Below are positions 33,377-42,573 of a stretch of DNA of 64,000 nucleotides, piece after piece (positions within the stretch are counted from its first letter, which is position 1; each line of letters begins with the position of its first letter). Under the pieces are notes generated by a model that did no database searches, was not told the origin of the DNA, and worked only from the letters and a program-made list of their open reading frames with translations. This stretch comes from Candidatus Latescibacterota bacterium (GTDB lineage Bacteria; Latescibacterota; UBA2968), in the NCBI GenBank assembly GCA_965208125.1, contig OZ242320.1, positions 4,160,001-4,224,000 of the forward strand, in the 5' to 3' direction. The position numbers and the translations under genes were made by a program.

Positions 33377-34249
33377 GTGTCATCAAACATCCACTTTGCT
33401 ATGGGCGGCGCCATTTTCGGAGCCTTTACGACTGAATCCGTGGAGCTGATTGCCAAGCACGGTCTGCCGGGCGTCGAACCTTACCGCAGTGGCTTGATCG
33501 CCTGGCTCGACGACCCGCAAGCTCTGAAGGCCCTCCTCGACGAGCACGGTATTCGGCTCATTACCGCTTCGAACGGCGGGCCTGGTCAGTCGATGGAATT
33601 TATCAATCGATCAAAACGTCAGGAAACAATCGCCGACCACGTCGCCTTCTGCCGCGATTTCCTGAAGATTTTCGGCTGCACGCATTTCAAGATCAACATG
33701 GGGAGCCGCCCGCAGAACGGAACAACGGCGGATGACATCAAAGCGATTTCGGAGACTGTGTCAGAACTCGGCAAGCGAACGCTTGAGATGGGTGTGACGA
33801 TCGCGCCACACCCGCATATCTGGGGGCCGATCGAGCGGCCGGAGGAAGTTCGCGCCCTTCTCGATCAGACCGACCCTGATATTGTGTCCTGGATTCCCGA
33901 TACCGCACAGCTCAACCTCGGAGGAGGCGATCCCGTTCAACTCATCGACGATTATTACGACCGACTGGCCGCCGTCCATTGGAAGGATTCGAAGGCGTCG
34001 TATCGCGGTTATACTGGCCCGACACCGACGAAGGAGATGCACGCGGAGGAAATTCTGTACAAAGACCTGGGATCCGGCGGCGTCGATCACCCTGCGATTT
34101 GGGCCATGCTGAATGAGCGAGGCTACGACGGATGGATCACGCTCGATCTCGATCCCCCGCGTTCAAATGAAGGCGAAGGTTCAGTTGACGACAAAATGGG
34201 GATCAACTGTAGATATCTGATGGAAACATTGAAAGTTTCCCGCTTTTAG
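33377..34249 (+). CDS. IolE-like sugar phosphate isomerase/epimerase
   Basis: HPHIWGPIE, PDTAQL..GGGDP, VHWKD, LGSGGVD. Confidence 0.85.
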   Translation: MSSNIHFAMGGAIFGAFTTESVELIAKHGLPGVEPYRSGLIAWLDDPQALKALLDEHGIRLITASNGGPGQSMEFINRSKRQETIADHVAFCRDFLKIFGCTHFKINMGSRPQNGTTADDIKAISETVSELGKRTLEMGVTIAPHPHIWGPIERPEEVRALLDQTDPDIVSWIPDTAQLNLGGGDPVQLIDDYYDRLAAVHWKDSKASYRGYTGPTPTKEMHAEEILYKDLGSGGVDHPAIWAMLNERGYDGWITLDLDPPRSNEGEGSVDDKMGINCRYLMETLKVSRF

Positions 34250-34313
34250 TGTGTCAATTCCGACAGGGTTGAAGAACATGGTCTGACTTTATCGAGAAAA
34301 AAATTGATTTACC

Positions 34314-34571
34314 GTGCGGCGTCCCCCACACAGAGACGTATGGGAAAAGGTGTTAAAAGATATAGGGGAGAAGATCCTCCCTCAGTCTTATGAGAATTGG
34401 TTTCAGCCGCTTTTCATCGCCGATATCGGAGATACGGCTGTTATATTTGATGCCCCGGATCAGATGGTTGCCGACTGGGTCGAAGAAAACTACATTGGAC
34501 TATTGACATCAGCACTCAAAACCGCTGGTATATTTGATCGATCAATCGCTATCGAATATTCGAAGACTTAG
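34314..34571 (+). CDS. Stand-alone DnaA N-terminal (domain I)-like protein or remnant
   Basis: VWEKVL..I...ILPQSYENWFQPL...APDQMVADWVEENY..L matches the DnaA domain I pattern. No AAA+ domain follows; GTG start with weak RBS. Confidence 0.7.
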   Translation: MRRPPHRDVWEKVLKDIGEKILPQSYENWFQPLFIADIGDTAVIFDAPDQMVADWVEENYIGLLTSALKTAGIFDRSIAIEYSKT

Positions 34572-34628
34572 TTGGACGAGTCTGAAAGTGGGAGAGAGTG
34601 TGAATTTGATGACATTCTCAATGCTTGC

Positions 34629-34657
34629 TTGACGACTCGCTATTAACTGAGTATAAT
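34629..34657 (+). promoter_or_regulatory. Sigma70-type promoter of the Type III R-M operon
   Basis: TTGACG-N17-TATAAT. Confidence 0.8.
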
Positions 34658-34774
34658 TGATCACTCTCCCATTTCAACTCAGGTCATTGGATCTCAATGC
34701 ACTCCCCCCGAGATTCGATGTCTGAAGCATTGCACGATTTCTAATCTTTTTCACTCCAGCCAAAAATTCCCATC

Positions 34775-37700
34775 ATGAACGATTCTATCTCATCCCATTC
34801 GACATCAAACGATGTGCAGCCAGCCCCGGGATCCGAAGGAAAACTCGACCTACTGAAGACCTTGCTGCGCGAGATGTTTCAACTCGACCGCGGCGATCTG
34901 GACTTTGGCCTGTACCGCATCATGAACCTGAAGACCGCTGAGATCGCGGCATTTCTTGACAATGATTTGTTGCCACAGGTGCAAGAGAAGCTGAACCTCA
35001 CGGACAATCAAGAGCGCGTCAGGCTGGAAGAGGATCTAAAGGACGCCAATCAAAATGCCAGACGGTTGGGAGTTGATCCCGATACTACACCTTTAGTTCA
35101 GGAGTTGCGAGAGAGGCTTGCCGAGATGCAAAAAGACGCGGACTCTGAAGCCGATGTGTACAACCATCTCGCCAATTTTTTCGCACGCTATTATGCTGAA
35201 GGCGATTTTATCTCGCAACGCCGTTACTCAAGCGGTGGCCGCTCGGCCTATCTGATTCCCTACGATGGAGAGGAAGTCAAGTTACACTGGGCCAACGCAG
35301 ACCAGTACTACGTCAAGACGACAGAGAACTACGCCTCTTATGTCTTCACAGTTGGTACAGGCGAAGCAGAGAGGCGCGTGCGTTTTGAGATTGCGGCAGC
35401 CGATAACGAGAGGGACAATATTAAGGAAGCCGACAATAAGCAACGTCGTTTCGTAATCTCAGGTGATGATGCTATTGCTATTGAGGATGGTGTGCTCATT
35501 GTGCGCTTTGAGCACCGGCCGCTGACCGATAGCGAGAAGCAAACGTGGACGGGCAATGGTGTTAGACAACAGGGTAGGATCAACGAGACAACGGTCAAGC
35601 AGATTCTCAAGGCGGTAGCCTCCGACTGGCTGGCTCTGCTGGCTGTACCGGCACCAACAGACACGAATGAAGAGCGCACGCTGCTTGAGAAACACGTCGA
35701 GCGATACACGGCTAAGAACAGTTTTGACTACTTCATCCACAAGGACCTTGGTGGTTTCTTGCGCCGTGAGTTGGATCTGTACCTGAACACAGAAGTGCTG
35801 AACTTAGACGATCTGGAACAGGGCGATGCCCTTCGGCTGGACCGGGCACTGGCGCGCGTACGTGCAACCCGTCACATCGGTGGGAAGATCATCGATTTTC
35901 TGGCGCAACTGGAAGACTTTCAAAAGCAACTCTGGTTAAAGAAAAAATTTGTCCTCGAAACTAACTGGTGCGTCACTTTGGATCGCGTCCCGGAGGCTTT
36001 ATATCCCGAGATTGCTGCCAACGCGGCGCAGTGTGAGGAATGGGTTGAGTTGTTTGCCGTTGACGAGATCCCAGGCGATCTGATAAACGGAGGTGCGACC
36101 TGGAATCATCCGCCGAGTGTAGATTTCCTCAAGGCCAATCCCTATTTGGTGCTGGATACACGGCATTTTGACAGCGACTTCAACGATCAGTTGTTGTCAG
36201 CACTCTCCGACGCTGGACCGCTGGACGAACAGTTGGACGGGCTGCTGGTGCATGGCGAGAATTTTCAGACGTTGAATCTGCTACGAGCGCGATATCAGGG
36301 GCAGGTGGATTGTGTCTATGTCGATCCTCCTTTCAATACTGATGCGTCTCCCATCCTCTACAAGAATGGATATAAGTCCTCAACCTGGGTATCCCTCATG
36401 GAGGGTAGCCTTCGCGCTGCTCGAATGCTGCTTACGGACAGTGGCATTCTAGTTGCCGCAATTGATGATGAACAACAAAAAGAGCTGAGTTTTCTGCTTT
36501 CTACTGTCTTCAACAAGAAACTACTTGGGACAATACTGGTCCGTACAAACCCTTCAGGGCGACCAACACAAAGCGGATACTCTGTAGCACACGAATACCT
36601 TTTGTATGCAGGTGAGGGGCAAGACGCCGCAATTGAACGAATGCCACCGACAAAGGAACAGGCAGCGCGCTTCTCAAAACGAGACGAAAAAGGGGTGTTC
36701 GAGTGGAGAAACTTACGACGAGAAGGGTCAAATTCAGATCGAACGGCACGTCCCGCACTCTATTATCCTATATACCTGAAAGGCAAGGCTATACGTATTC
36801 CTCAAATGACCTGGAATTCAGTAAACGAAGAATGGATTATAGAGGAAAAACCACATGCCAGAGAACAGGTAGTTTTTCCAGACAACGAAAAGGGAATTCA
36901 GAAGACTTGGCGCTGGGAAGCAAAGACAGTGATAAGTGCTTTGCAAGACATTGCTGTACGCAAGGATCGCTCTGGCCGAGATTATGTTTACTACAAAAGA
37001 CGTCCTCATAATAAAGGTGTGATGTCTATGTCTTGCTGGTTTGATGCAAAATACTCATCGGTTGAACACGGTACAGTGCTTCTCAACGCGATGTTTGGAA
37101 AGACAGTTTTCTCATACCCGAAATCCATTCACGCGGTGATGGATTCAATATATACGGCGGGTGCTTCGAGGACAGATGCACAAGTTCTTGATTTCTTCGC
37201 TGGTTCCGGTACCACTGGCCATGCGGTCATCAACTTCAACCGCGAGGACGATGGACAGCGCAAGTATGTTCTCGTGGAGATCGGCGATTACTTCGATACA
37301 GTTCTGTTGCCACGGATAAAGAAGGTCGTCTATTCACCGGACTGGAAGGATGGCAAACCAATTTCGCGCAAAGGAGTCACGCAGTTGTTCAAGTGCATCC
37401 GGCTGGAATCCTACGAAGATACGATGGACAGTCTTGAAGTGACACCACCTTCAGAAGCACAGCAAAATTTGTTGACCGATAATCCCGCGTTGGCTGAGGA
37501 TTATCGGTTGCGCTACGCACTCGGTGAAGAGACGGCTGGTAGCGCGTGTCTGTTGGGCAAGGCGTTCGCCGACCCTTCCACCTACACACTCACCGTCGTA
37601 CGCGATGGTGTGCGTCGTGAAGTCCAGATTGATCTGCCCGAGACTTTCAACTACTTGCTCGGTCTGCGCGTGACATCCCGCCAGCGAATTGACGGTGTGC

Positions 37701-37954
37701 TCGCGATCACAGGTACTGACCCCGAGGGGCGCAATTGTTTGATTCTCTGGCGCAATCTCGACAAGACGGACTGCGCCGCGCTGGACGCCTGGTTTGATCA
37801 CAACCGTGAGCAATTCGGGTCACTGGACATCATCTACGCCAACGGCGATCAAACTCTGAATGCCATGCAACAGCCCGGCGATAATTGGACTGCTAAGACC
37901 ATTGAGTCGATTTTTCGTGAATTGATGTTTGGAGAGACCAGCGATGAGCGATAA
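34775..37954 (+). CDS. mod: Type III R-M DNA methyltransferase
   Basis: DLDFGLYRIMN, EEVKLHWANADQYYVKT, DPPFNT (motif IV), YPKS, LDFFAGSGTTGHAV (motif I); beta-class motif order. Confidence 0.93.
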   Translation: MNDSISSHSTSNDVQPAPGSEGKLDLLKTLLREMFQLDRGDLDFGLYRIMNLKTAEIAAFLDNDLLPQVQEKLNLTDNQERVRLEEDLKDANQNARRLGVDPDTTPLVQELRERLAEMQKDADSEADVYNHLANFFARYYAEGDFISQRRYSSGGRSAYLIPYDGEEVKLHWANADQYYVKTTENYASYVFTVGTGEAERRVRFEIAAADNERDNIKEADNKQRRFVISGDDAIAIEDGVLIVRFEHRPLTDSEKQTWTGNGVRQQGRINETTVKQILKAVASDWLALLAVPAPTDTNEERTLLEKHVERYTAKNSFDYFIHKDLGGFLRRELDLYLNTEVLNLDDLEQGDALRLDRALARVRATRHIGGKIIDFLAQLEDFQKQLWLKKKFVLETNWCVTLDRVPEALYPEIAANAAQCEEWVELFAVDEIPGDLINGGATWNHPPSVDFLKANPYLVLDTRHFDSDFNDQLLSALSDAGPLDEQLDGLLVHGENFQTLNLLRARYQGQVDCVYVDPPFNTDASPILYKNGYKSSTWVSLMEGSLRAARMLLTDSGILVAAIDDEQQKELSFLLSTVFNKKLLGTILVRTNPSGRPTQSGYSVAHEYLLYAGEGQDAAIERMPPTKEQAARFSKRDEKGVFEWRNLRREGSNSDRTARPALYYPIYLKGKAIRIPQMTWNSVNEEWIIEEKPHAREQVVFPDNEKGIQKTWRWEAKTVISALQDIAVRKDRSGRDYVYYKRRPHNKGVMSMSCWFDAKYSSVEHGTVLLNAMFGKTVFSYPKSIHAVMDSIYTAGASRTDAQVLDFFAGSGTTGHAVINFNREDDGQRKYVLVEIGDYFDTVLLPRIKKVVYSPDWKDGKPISRKGVTQLFKCIRLESYEDTMDSLEVTPPSEAQQNLLTDNPALAEDYRLRYALGEETAGSACLLGKAFADPSTYTLTVVRDGVRREVQIDLPETFNYLLGLRVTSRQRIDGVLAITGTDPEGRNCLILWRNLDKTDCAALDAWFDHNREQFGSLDIIYANGDQTLNAMQQPGDNWTAKTIESIFRELMFGETSDER

Positions 37955-38843
37955 CCGATACCAGTCACAAGATCATCTCCCATTCTCGCAGCGTTACGTT
38001 TATGAACCTTTACCAGAGCCGATGCAATTGGAGGAGCTTTCGGATGATCTAAGGCGAGAAATATGGAACGCAATGCGAAGATACCTTAAGAATGTACTTA
38101 TGAACATATATACAGGTGCTAGTGGCTACCATAATGAAAGAGGATATCAACTTTTCGAAAATATCTTAGGTGAGATATTGCGAGAACCTGAAGATGAAAT
38201 CGATACTTCTCATGATGGAATACTTCATCAGTTCAAATCATTGATTCTGCGAGACAATTTCAATGTGGTTCTCGACCTTATTGAAATCATAGTAAACAGA
38301 GGGTGGCAAGACGAGGAATTTATCAACCGTATCTGTAAATCGTTTGAAAGTTATGCTGCTGCTTACTATCTGGATATGTCACGCCGTCCCTATCAATTTT
38401 TTCCGCGCAGTAATAAAGCGCAAGGTGAAGCAACGCGAGCAGCTATCAAAACGATCCACGATGGCGGTATGAAAGGTGCAGAGACGCATTTGCGCCAGGC
38501 GGCAGAACATATCAACACACGACAATTTGGAGATTCAATTAGCGATAGCATCCACGCGGTTGAATCTGTTGCTCGGCAAATTGATCCAAAATCAAAAACC
38601 CTTGGTCCCGCGCTAAACTCCCTCGAGAAAGCCGGTTTGGTCAAGCATCCAGCACTCAAAGAAGCGTTCGCTAAGCTGTATGGCTATACAAGTAACGAAC
38701 AAGGGATTCGGCACGCGCTACTCGACAAGAACTCGCCGGATGTTGACCTGGACGAGGCCATGTTCATGTTTGGAGCCTGTGCATCCTTTGCTGCCTATCT
38801 CGTAAACAAACACCATAAGATGCAAGAAGAGGATGACAAATGA
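37944..38843 (+). CDS. AbiJ-like protein (AbiJ-NTD4-type N-terminus, HEPN-like C-terminus)
   Basis: FSQRY.YEPLP..MQLEELSDDLRREIWN; SIHAVES..TLG.AL; HPALKEAF.KLYGYTS..GIRHA; overlaps both mod and res. Confidence 0.7.
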   Translation: MSDNRYQSQDHLPFSQRYVYEPLPEPMQLEELSDDLRREIWNAMRRYLKNVLMNIYTGASGYHNERGYQLFENILGEILREPEDEIDTSHDGILHQFKSLILRDNFNVVLDLIEIIVNRGWQDEEFINRICKSFESYAAAYYLDMSRRPYQFFPRSNKAQGEATRAAIKTIHDGGMKGAETHLRQAAEHINTRQFGDSISDSIHAVESVARQIDPKSKTLGPALNSLEKAGLVKHPALKEAFAKLYGYTSNEQGIRHALLDKNSPDVDLDEAMFMFGACASFAAYLVNKHHKMQEEDDK

Positions 38844-41800
38844 CCCGCCTACAAAGTCGCCTCGCTCTGCATCGCTTTATCTGTCGGGAGTTCGGCTACG
38901 ACGATATGGACAGGATGCTCGAACGGTTGGACTATGCCCAAGGCGAACTCGTCTCAGAAGGTACGAGCGACTATGCTCAGGCACTGAGTCCGCCCCCTGC
39001 ACGCGCACGCGTTACCCTCGACCAGTTTGCCGAATACGACGCCAACATCGCGGCGCACAGCCGCCAGTTGCGTATGACAGAAGAACACGGTCGGACCTGG
39101 AAACCCCACCAATACCTCGCCCTGCTGTTCACCGAACATTATTTGCACCGCTATTTCGACGATCCCGATTCCCTGTGTGCCGACTTGAACGATGAGAAAG
39201 TCAGCCATCGTCCTACCTCGTTCTTGCCGGATTATACAGTAGAAGACCTGCACATACTCGCTTTCCAGAGCGCGACGGGTTCTGGTAAAACGCTCCTTAT
39301 GCACGCCCATATTCTGCAATACCAGCACTATCTGGAACGTGCGGGCAAGCAGCTAAACAATATTGTGCTGGTGACGCCGAATGAGCAGATGTCCGTGCAG
39401 CACGAGCGCGAAATGCAAGAAAGCGGTCTGCGGGCACGGCTGTTCTCCAGCGAGGCCAGTTCCGATTTGTTCCAAACCATCGAGATCATTGACCTGAATA
39501 AACTGGCCGAGAAAACGGGCGTGAAGCGCGTTGCAGTGACGGATTTTGGCGACGACAATCTGGTTCTAGTTGACGAAGGGCACTTGGGTGCATCGGGCAA
39601 TGTTTGGCGCGAACGCCGCCGGGAGTTGGCGAGCGGTGGCTTTACTTTTGAGTACTCCGCGACCTTCAACCAAGTAGCAGGTACAGGCAGGGACAACGAC
39701 CTGCTAAACGCCTACGGCAAGTGCCTGTTATTCGACTACTCGTACCGTCGATTTCACGCAGATGGCTACGGTAAGGACTACGCCATCCTGAACCTGCCTG
39801 GTGGGGTGCAGGACGAGAACAGCAAGATGTACCTACTGGGTTGCCTACTGACCTTCTACCAGCAATATCGTATCTGGCAGGACAAGGGCGCGTTGTGGAA
39901 GGCGTTCAATCCGGCAAAACCACTGTGGGTATTCCTCGGCAAGACAGTAACGGGATCGAGCAAAGCGGACCGGGAGACCCGATCTGACGTTATCCGCATC
40001 TTAAAGTTTCTCGGTTGGATGCTGGCCCACAGGGAAGATGTACAGCACATGATCCAACTCCTGTTAGCCGGAAAATCGGGATTGCTCGATAGCACCGGCA
40101 ACGATTACTTTTCTGGTCGCTTTTCTCATTTGCCCAGCGGAGTAGACCTCTACGCCGATCTCTGCGAGACCCTATTTCACGGATCGGGGCGGCTGCACGT
40201 CGTCTATCTGACCGCAGGCGAGGGTGAGTTACATCTTCGCACCGCGGACCATGATCCTTTTGGCGTGGTCAATGTCGGGGACTCGGCGAAGCTCTACAGC
40301 CTGCTCACGGAAGAATCTAAACCCGATTTCGACGTTGACCGAGAGATGGGTTTTGCCGCACGGCTATTCGCCGATGTAGATCGTCAAGACTCAACCGTGA
40401 ACATCGTCATCGGCGCGCGTCGATTCATCGCGGGCTGGAACTCATGGCGCGTGAGCACAATGGGGCTGATGCACGTCGGCGTGGGCGAAGGTCCTGAAAT
40501 CATCCAGATGTTCGGACGCGGTGTGCGCCTGAAGGGCTATAACATGAGCCTGAAGCGGCACCGCGAAATTGAAGGGGAACTGCCGGAGGATAGCGATGAA
40601 CTGGCAGAATTAGAGAAGCTATATATCTTTGGGCTGCGTGCCAACTACATGCAGTCCTTCCGAGATCTTCTGGAAAAGGAAGGGATGCGCGCAGAACAAG
40701 AGACATTTAGCTTGCCCACCACCTGGAACTTTGCCAAAAAGACTGACCTGAAACTGATCCGACTCAAGGATGATCGAAAATACAACCTCTCCGCTGAACG
40801 CCCCATCTTGCCGGGACCAAGGGATGGTGGTAGCTCCGTTGTGACACTGGATCTGTATTCACGGCTTCAATCCGTGGCATCCAATGGCGCTGCATTCAGT
40901 GAGGAAACAGAACCAAATTCGGTCAACCTCACGTCACACGCCGCCTTCTTCAACACAGCCCGCATTTACGAGCGGCTGTTGTCGCGCAAGCAGCAAAAAA
41001 GCTGGCACAATCTGGTTATTGAGCAACGGACGGTGGAGCAGCTATTGCAAAGTCAGGATTGGTACGAACTCTATATGCCGCCAGATCGGTTGAATCCCAC
41101 CGGATTCAGGCAGATGCGTGAACTGGAGAATATCGCCGTTGATTTGATCACCGAATACGCCGATGACTTCTGGCGCAGGCAACGCAGACGTTGGGAACAC
41201 GGTGAACTTGAGGTCGTCACTCTGAATGAGGATGATCCAAATAATGCCGTAACCTACGATTTATCTGTGGATATAACCGAAGATCAGTTAGTCAGGGATG
41301 CGAGTGAACTGGCGTACAACATCCGCGAAGGCAGGTGCGACGAATTAAAAAACTGGTATGAGCACTTGAACATCGGCATCATCATATCACAGGCTCATGC
41401 GTATCAGCCCTTGCTACATGCCAAAGAGGACCGCGTTGTTACGGTTCAACCTGTTCCCTTGGATGCAAACGAGAAGCGCGTTGTCGATCGGCTGGAAGAA
41501 CTGGCTCGGACAGGCGATCCCTGCCTGCAAGGCAAAGAGTTGTTTCTAATTCGCAATCTGACGCGTGGTCGGGGGGTGTCCTTTTTCGACGACTTCGGTT
41601 ATTACCCGGACTTCATCGTCTGGTTGAAGGACGACGAACAACAGCATGTTCTATTTCTCGATCCCAAGGGCTTGAGCAGGTTCGGCCAAAGAGCACGTAA
41701 AAAAGTGCAACTGCATCACGAAATTGTAGAAATTGAAGAGCAAGTGCGCGAGCACGACCCGGACCTGTATCTGCGTGCCTATATTCTGTCTGTCACACGA

Positions 41801-41929
41801 GCCGCGGAAATTGATGATGGCGGGCGTTCCCCGAGCGACTGGAAAGCAGATGGTGTTTACTTCCTGAACGAGAATGATTGTCTGCAACAGGTCATCACAC
41901 ACGCGCTTGATGGCGACGCGGTGACATAA
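38840..41929 (+). CDS. res: Type III R-M restriction subunit (SF2 helicase plus PD-(D/E)xK nuclease)
   Basis: ATGSGKT, VDEGH, YSATF, QMFGRGVR, YPDFIVW..LDPKG. Confidence 0.93.
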   Translation: MTRLQSRLALHRFICREFGYDDMDRMLERLDYAQGELVSEGTSDYAQALSPPPARARVTLDQFAEYDANIAAHSRQLRMTEEHGRTWKPHQYLALLFTEHYLHRYFDDPDSLCADLNDEKVSHRPTSFLPDYTVEDLHILAFQSATGSGKTLLMHAHILQYQHYLERAGKQLNNIVLVTPNEQMSVQHEREMQESGLRARLFSSEASSDLFQTIEIIDLNKLAEKTGVKRVAVTDFGDDNLVLVDEGHLGASGNVWRERRRELASGGFTFEYSATFNQVAGTGRDNDLLNAYGKCLLFDYSYRRFHADGYGKDYAILNLPGGVQDENSKMYLLGCLLTFYQQYRIWQDKGALWKAFNPAKPLWVFLGKTVTGSSKADRETRSDVIRILKFLGWMLAHREDVQHMIQLLLAGKSGLLDSTGNDYFSGRFSHLPSGVDLYADLCETLFHGSGRLHVVYLTAGEGELHLRTADHDPFGVVNVGDSAKLYSLLTEESKPDFDVDREMGFAARLFADVDRQDSTVNIVIGARRFIAGWNSWRVSTMGLMHVGVGEGPEIIQMFGRGVRLKGYNMSLKRHREIEGELPEDSDELAELEKLYIFGLRANYMQSFRDLLEKEGMRAEQETFSLPTTWNFAKKTDLKLIRLKDDRKYNLSAERPILPGPRDGGSSVVTLDLYSRLQSVASNGAAFSEETEPNSVNLTSHAAFFNTARIYERLLSRKQQKSWHNLVIEQRTVEQLLQSQDWYELYMPPDRLNPTGFRQMRELENIAVDLITEYADDFWRRQRRRWEHGELEVVTLNEDDPNNAVTYDLSVDITEDQLVRDASELAYNIREGRCDELKNWYEHLNIGIIISQAHAYQPLLHAKEDRVVTVQPVPLDANEKRVVDRLEELARTGDPCLQGKELFLIRNLTRGRGVSFFDDFGYYPDFIVWLKDDEQQHVLFLDPKGLSRFGQRARKKVQLHHEIVEIEEQVREHDPDLYLRAYILSVTRAAEIDDGGRSPSDWKADGVYFLNENDCLQQVITHALDGDAVT

Positions 41930-41952
41930 TTTTAGTTGATTTTTACCAGATC

Positions 41953-41983
41953 AACCGGCTTTTGCCGGTTTTTTTATTTTTTT
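41953..41983 (+). terminator. Rho-independent terminator after res
   Basis: aaccggc-tttt-gccggtt followed by a long T-tract. Confidence 0.85.
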
Positions 41984-42040
41984 CTCCTGTTTAGGCAGCG
42001 AAAATCGAAAATGCTGCCGATGATCGTTTTTAGATTTTTA

Positions 42041-42069
42041 TTGACAAGAATATGATTAACACATATATT
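42041..42069 (+). promoter_or_regulatory. Sigma70-type promoter facing the CBASS operon
   Basis: TTGACA-N17-TATATT. Confidence 0.7.
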
Positions 42070-42228
42070 CGAAGGCTTCTTAACTCTAAAGCATTTTTCT
42101 CCCCGCTATGCAGTACCTTCTCCCCTACTGAAACTTCTCGTTTTTTTATTTGCAAAGACATATGTGCTTGAAGTTTAGGCTTATGACCCCTCGGATAGTC
42201 TGATGGAACATTTTTCATATTTCTTTAC

Positions 42229-42302
42229 AAAAAACCTCGGCAGCTGCAACTGCCGAGGTTAGAAGTCGCCGGAACATCCGGCAACCCCTTTTATAGTAAG
42301 AT
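42229..42302 (-). ncRNA. Candidate ~75-nt antisense sRNA (two hairpins, intrinsic terminator)
   Basis: Has its own promoter. A 13-bp stem (42261-42289) has 3 G-U pairs that form only on the minus strand. It is followed by an 11-bp perfect stem (42233-42260) and a U-tract. Confidence 0.6.
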
Positions 42303-42308
42303 GGTCGG

Positions 42309-42338
42309 AATATACGGTCACATCGGGGATTATGTCAA
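42309..42338 (-). promoter_or_regulatory. Sigma70-type promoter of the candidate sRNA
   Basis: Minus strand TTGACA-N18-TATATT. Confidence 0.65.
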
Positions 42339-42573
42339 CGAAAATCAAATTTGGAAGGAGGGATAACATATCTGATTTGATGTCTGACTGTAAAGCTGCT
42401 GCATAGGCAAGCCGGGTCTGCGGCCACCTGGGAACCGAAGCGTCGCATATTCTGATGATATATACATATTACCTGCCGGTAAGATGCTTAGAGTTGCAGG
42501 AATGATGTGCTGAAGAACCCCATAACGATTTGCTAATTGAAGAACAACCGGCATTACCTTATTGAGGAAAATA

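Noticed and set aside
34775-37954. Phase-variable simple sequence repeat in mod
   Set aside because: No tandem repeat tract seen. The lower-GC central part is consistent with an ordinary variable target recognition domain.
42030-42218. 62-aa minus-strand ORF directly after the candidate sRNA terminator (type III TA-like layout)
   Set aside because: No recognisable toxin motif, weak RBS, and it runs across the plus-strand promoter. It cannot be supported as a gene, though a remnant is not excluded.
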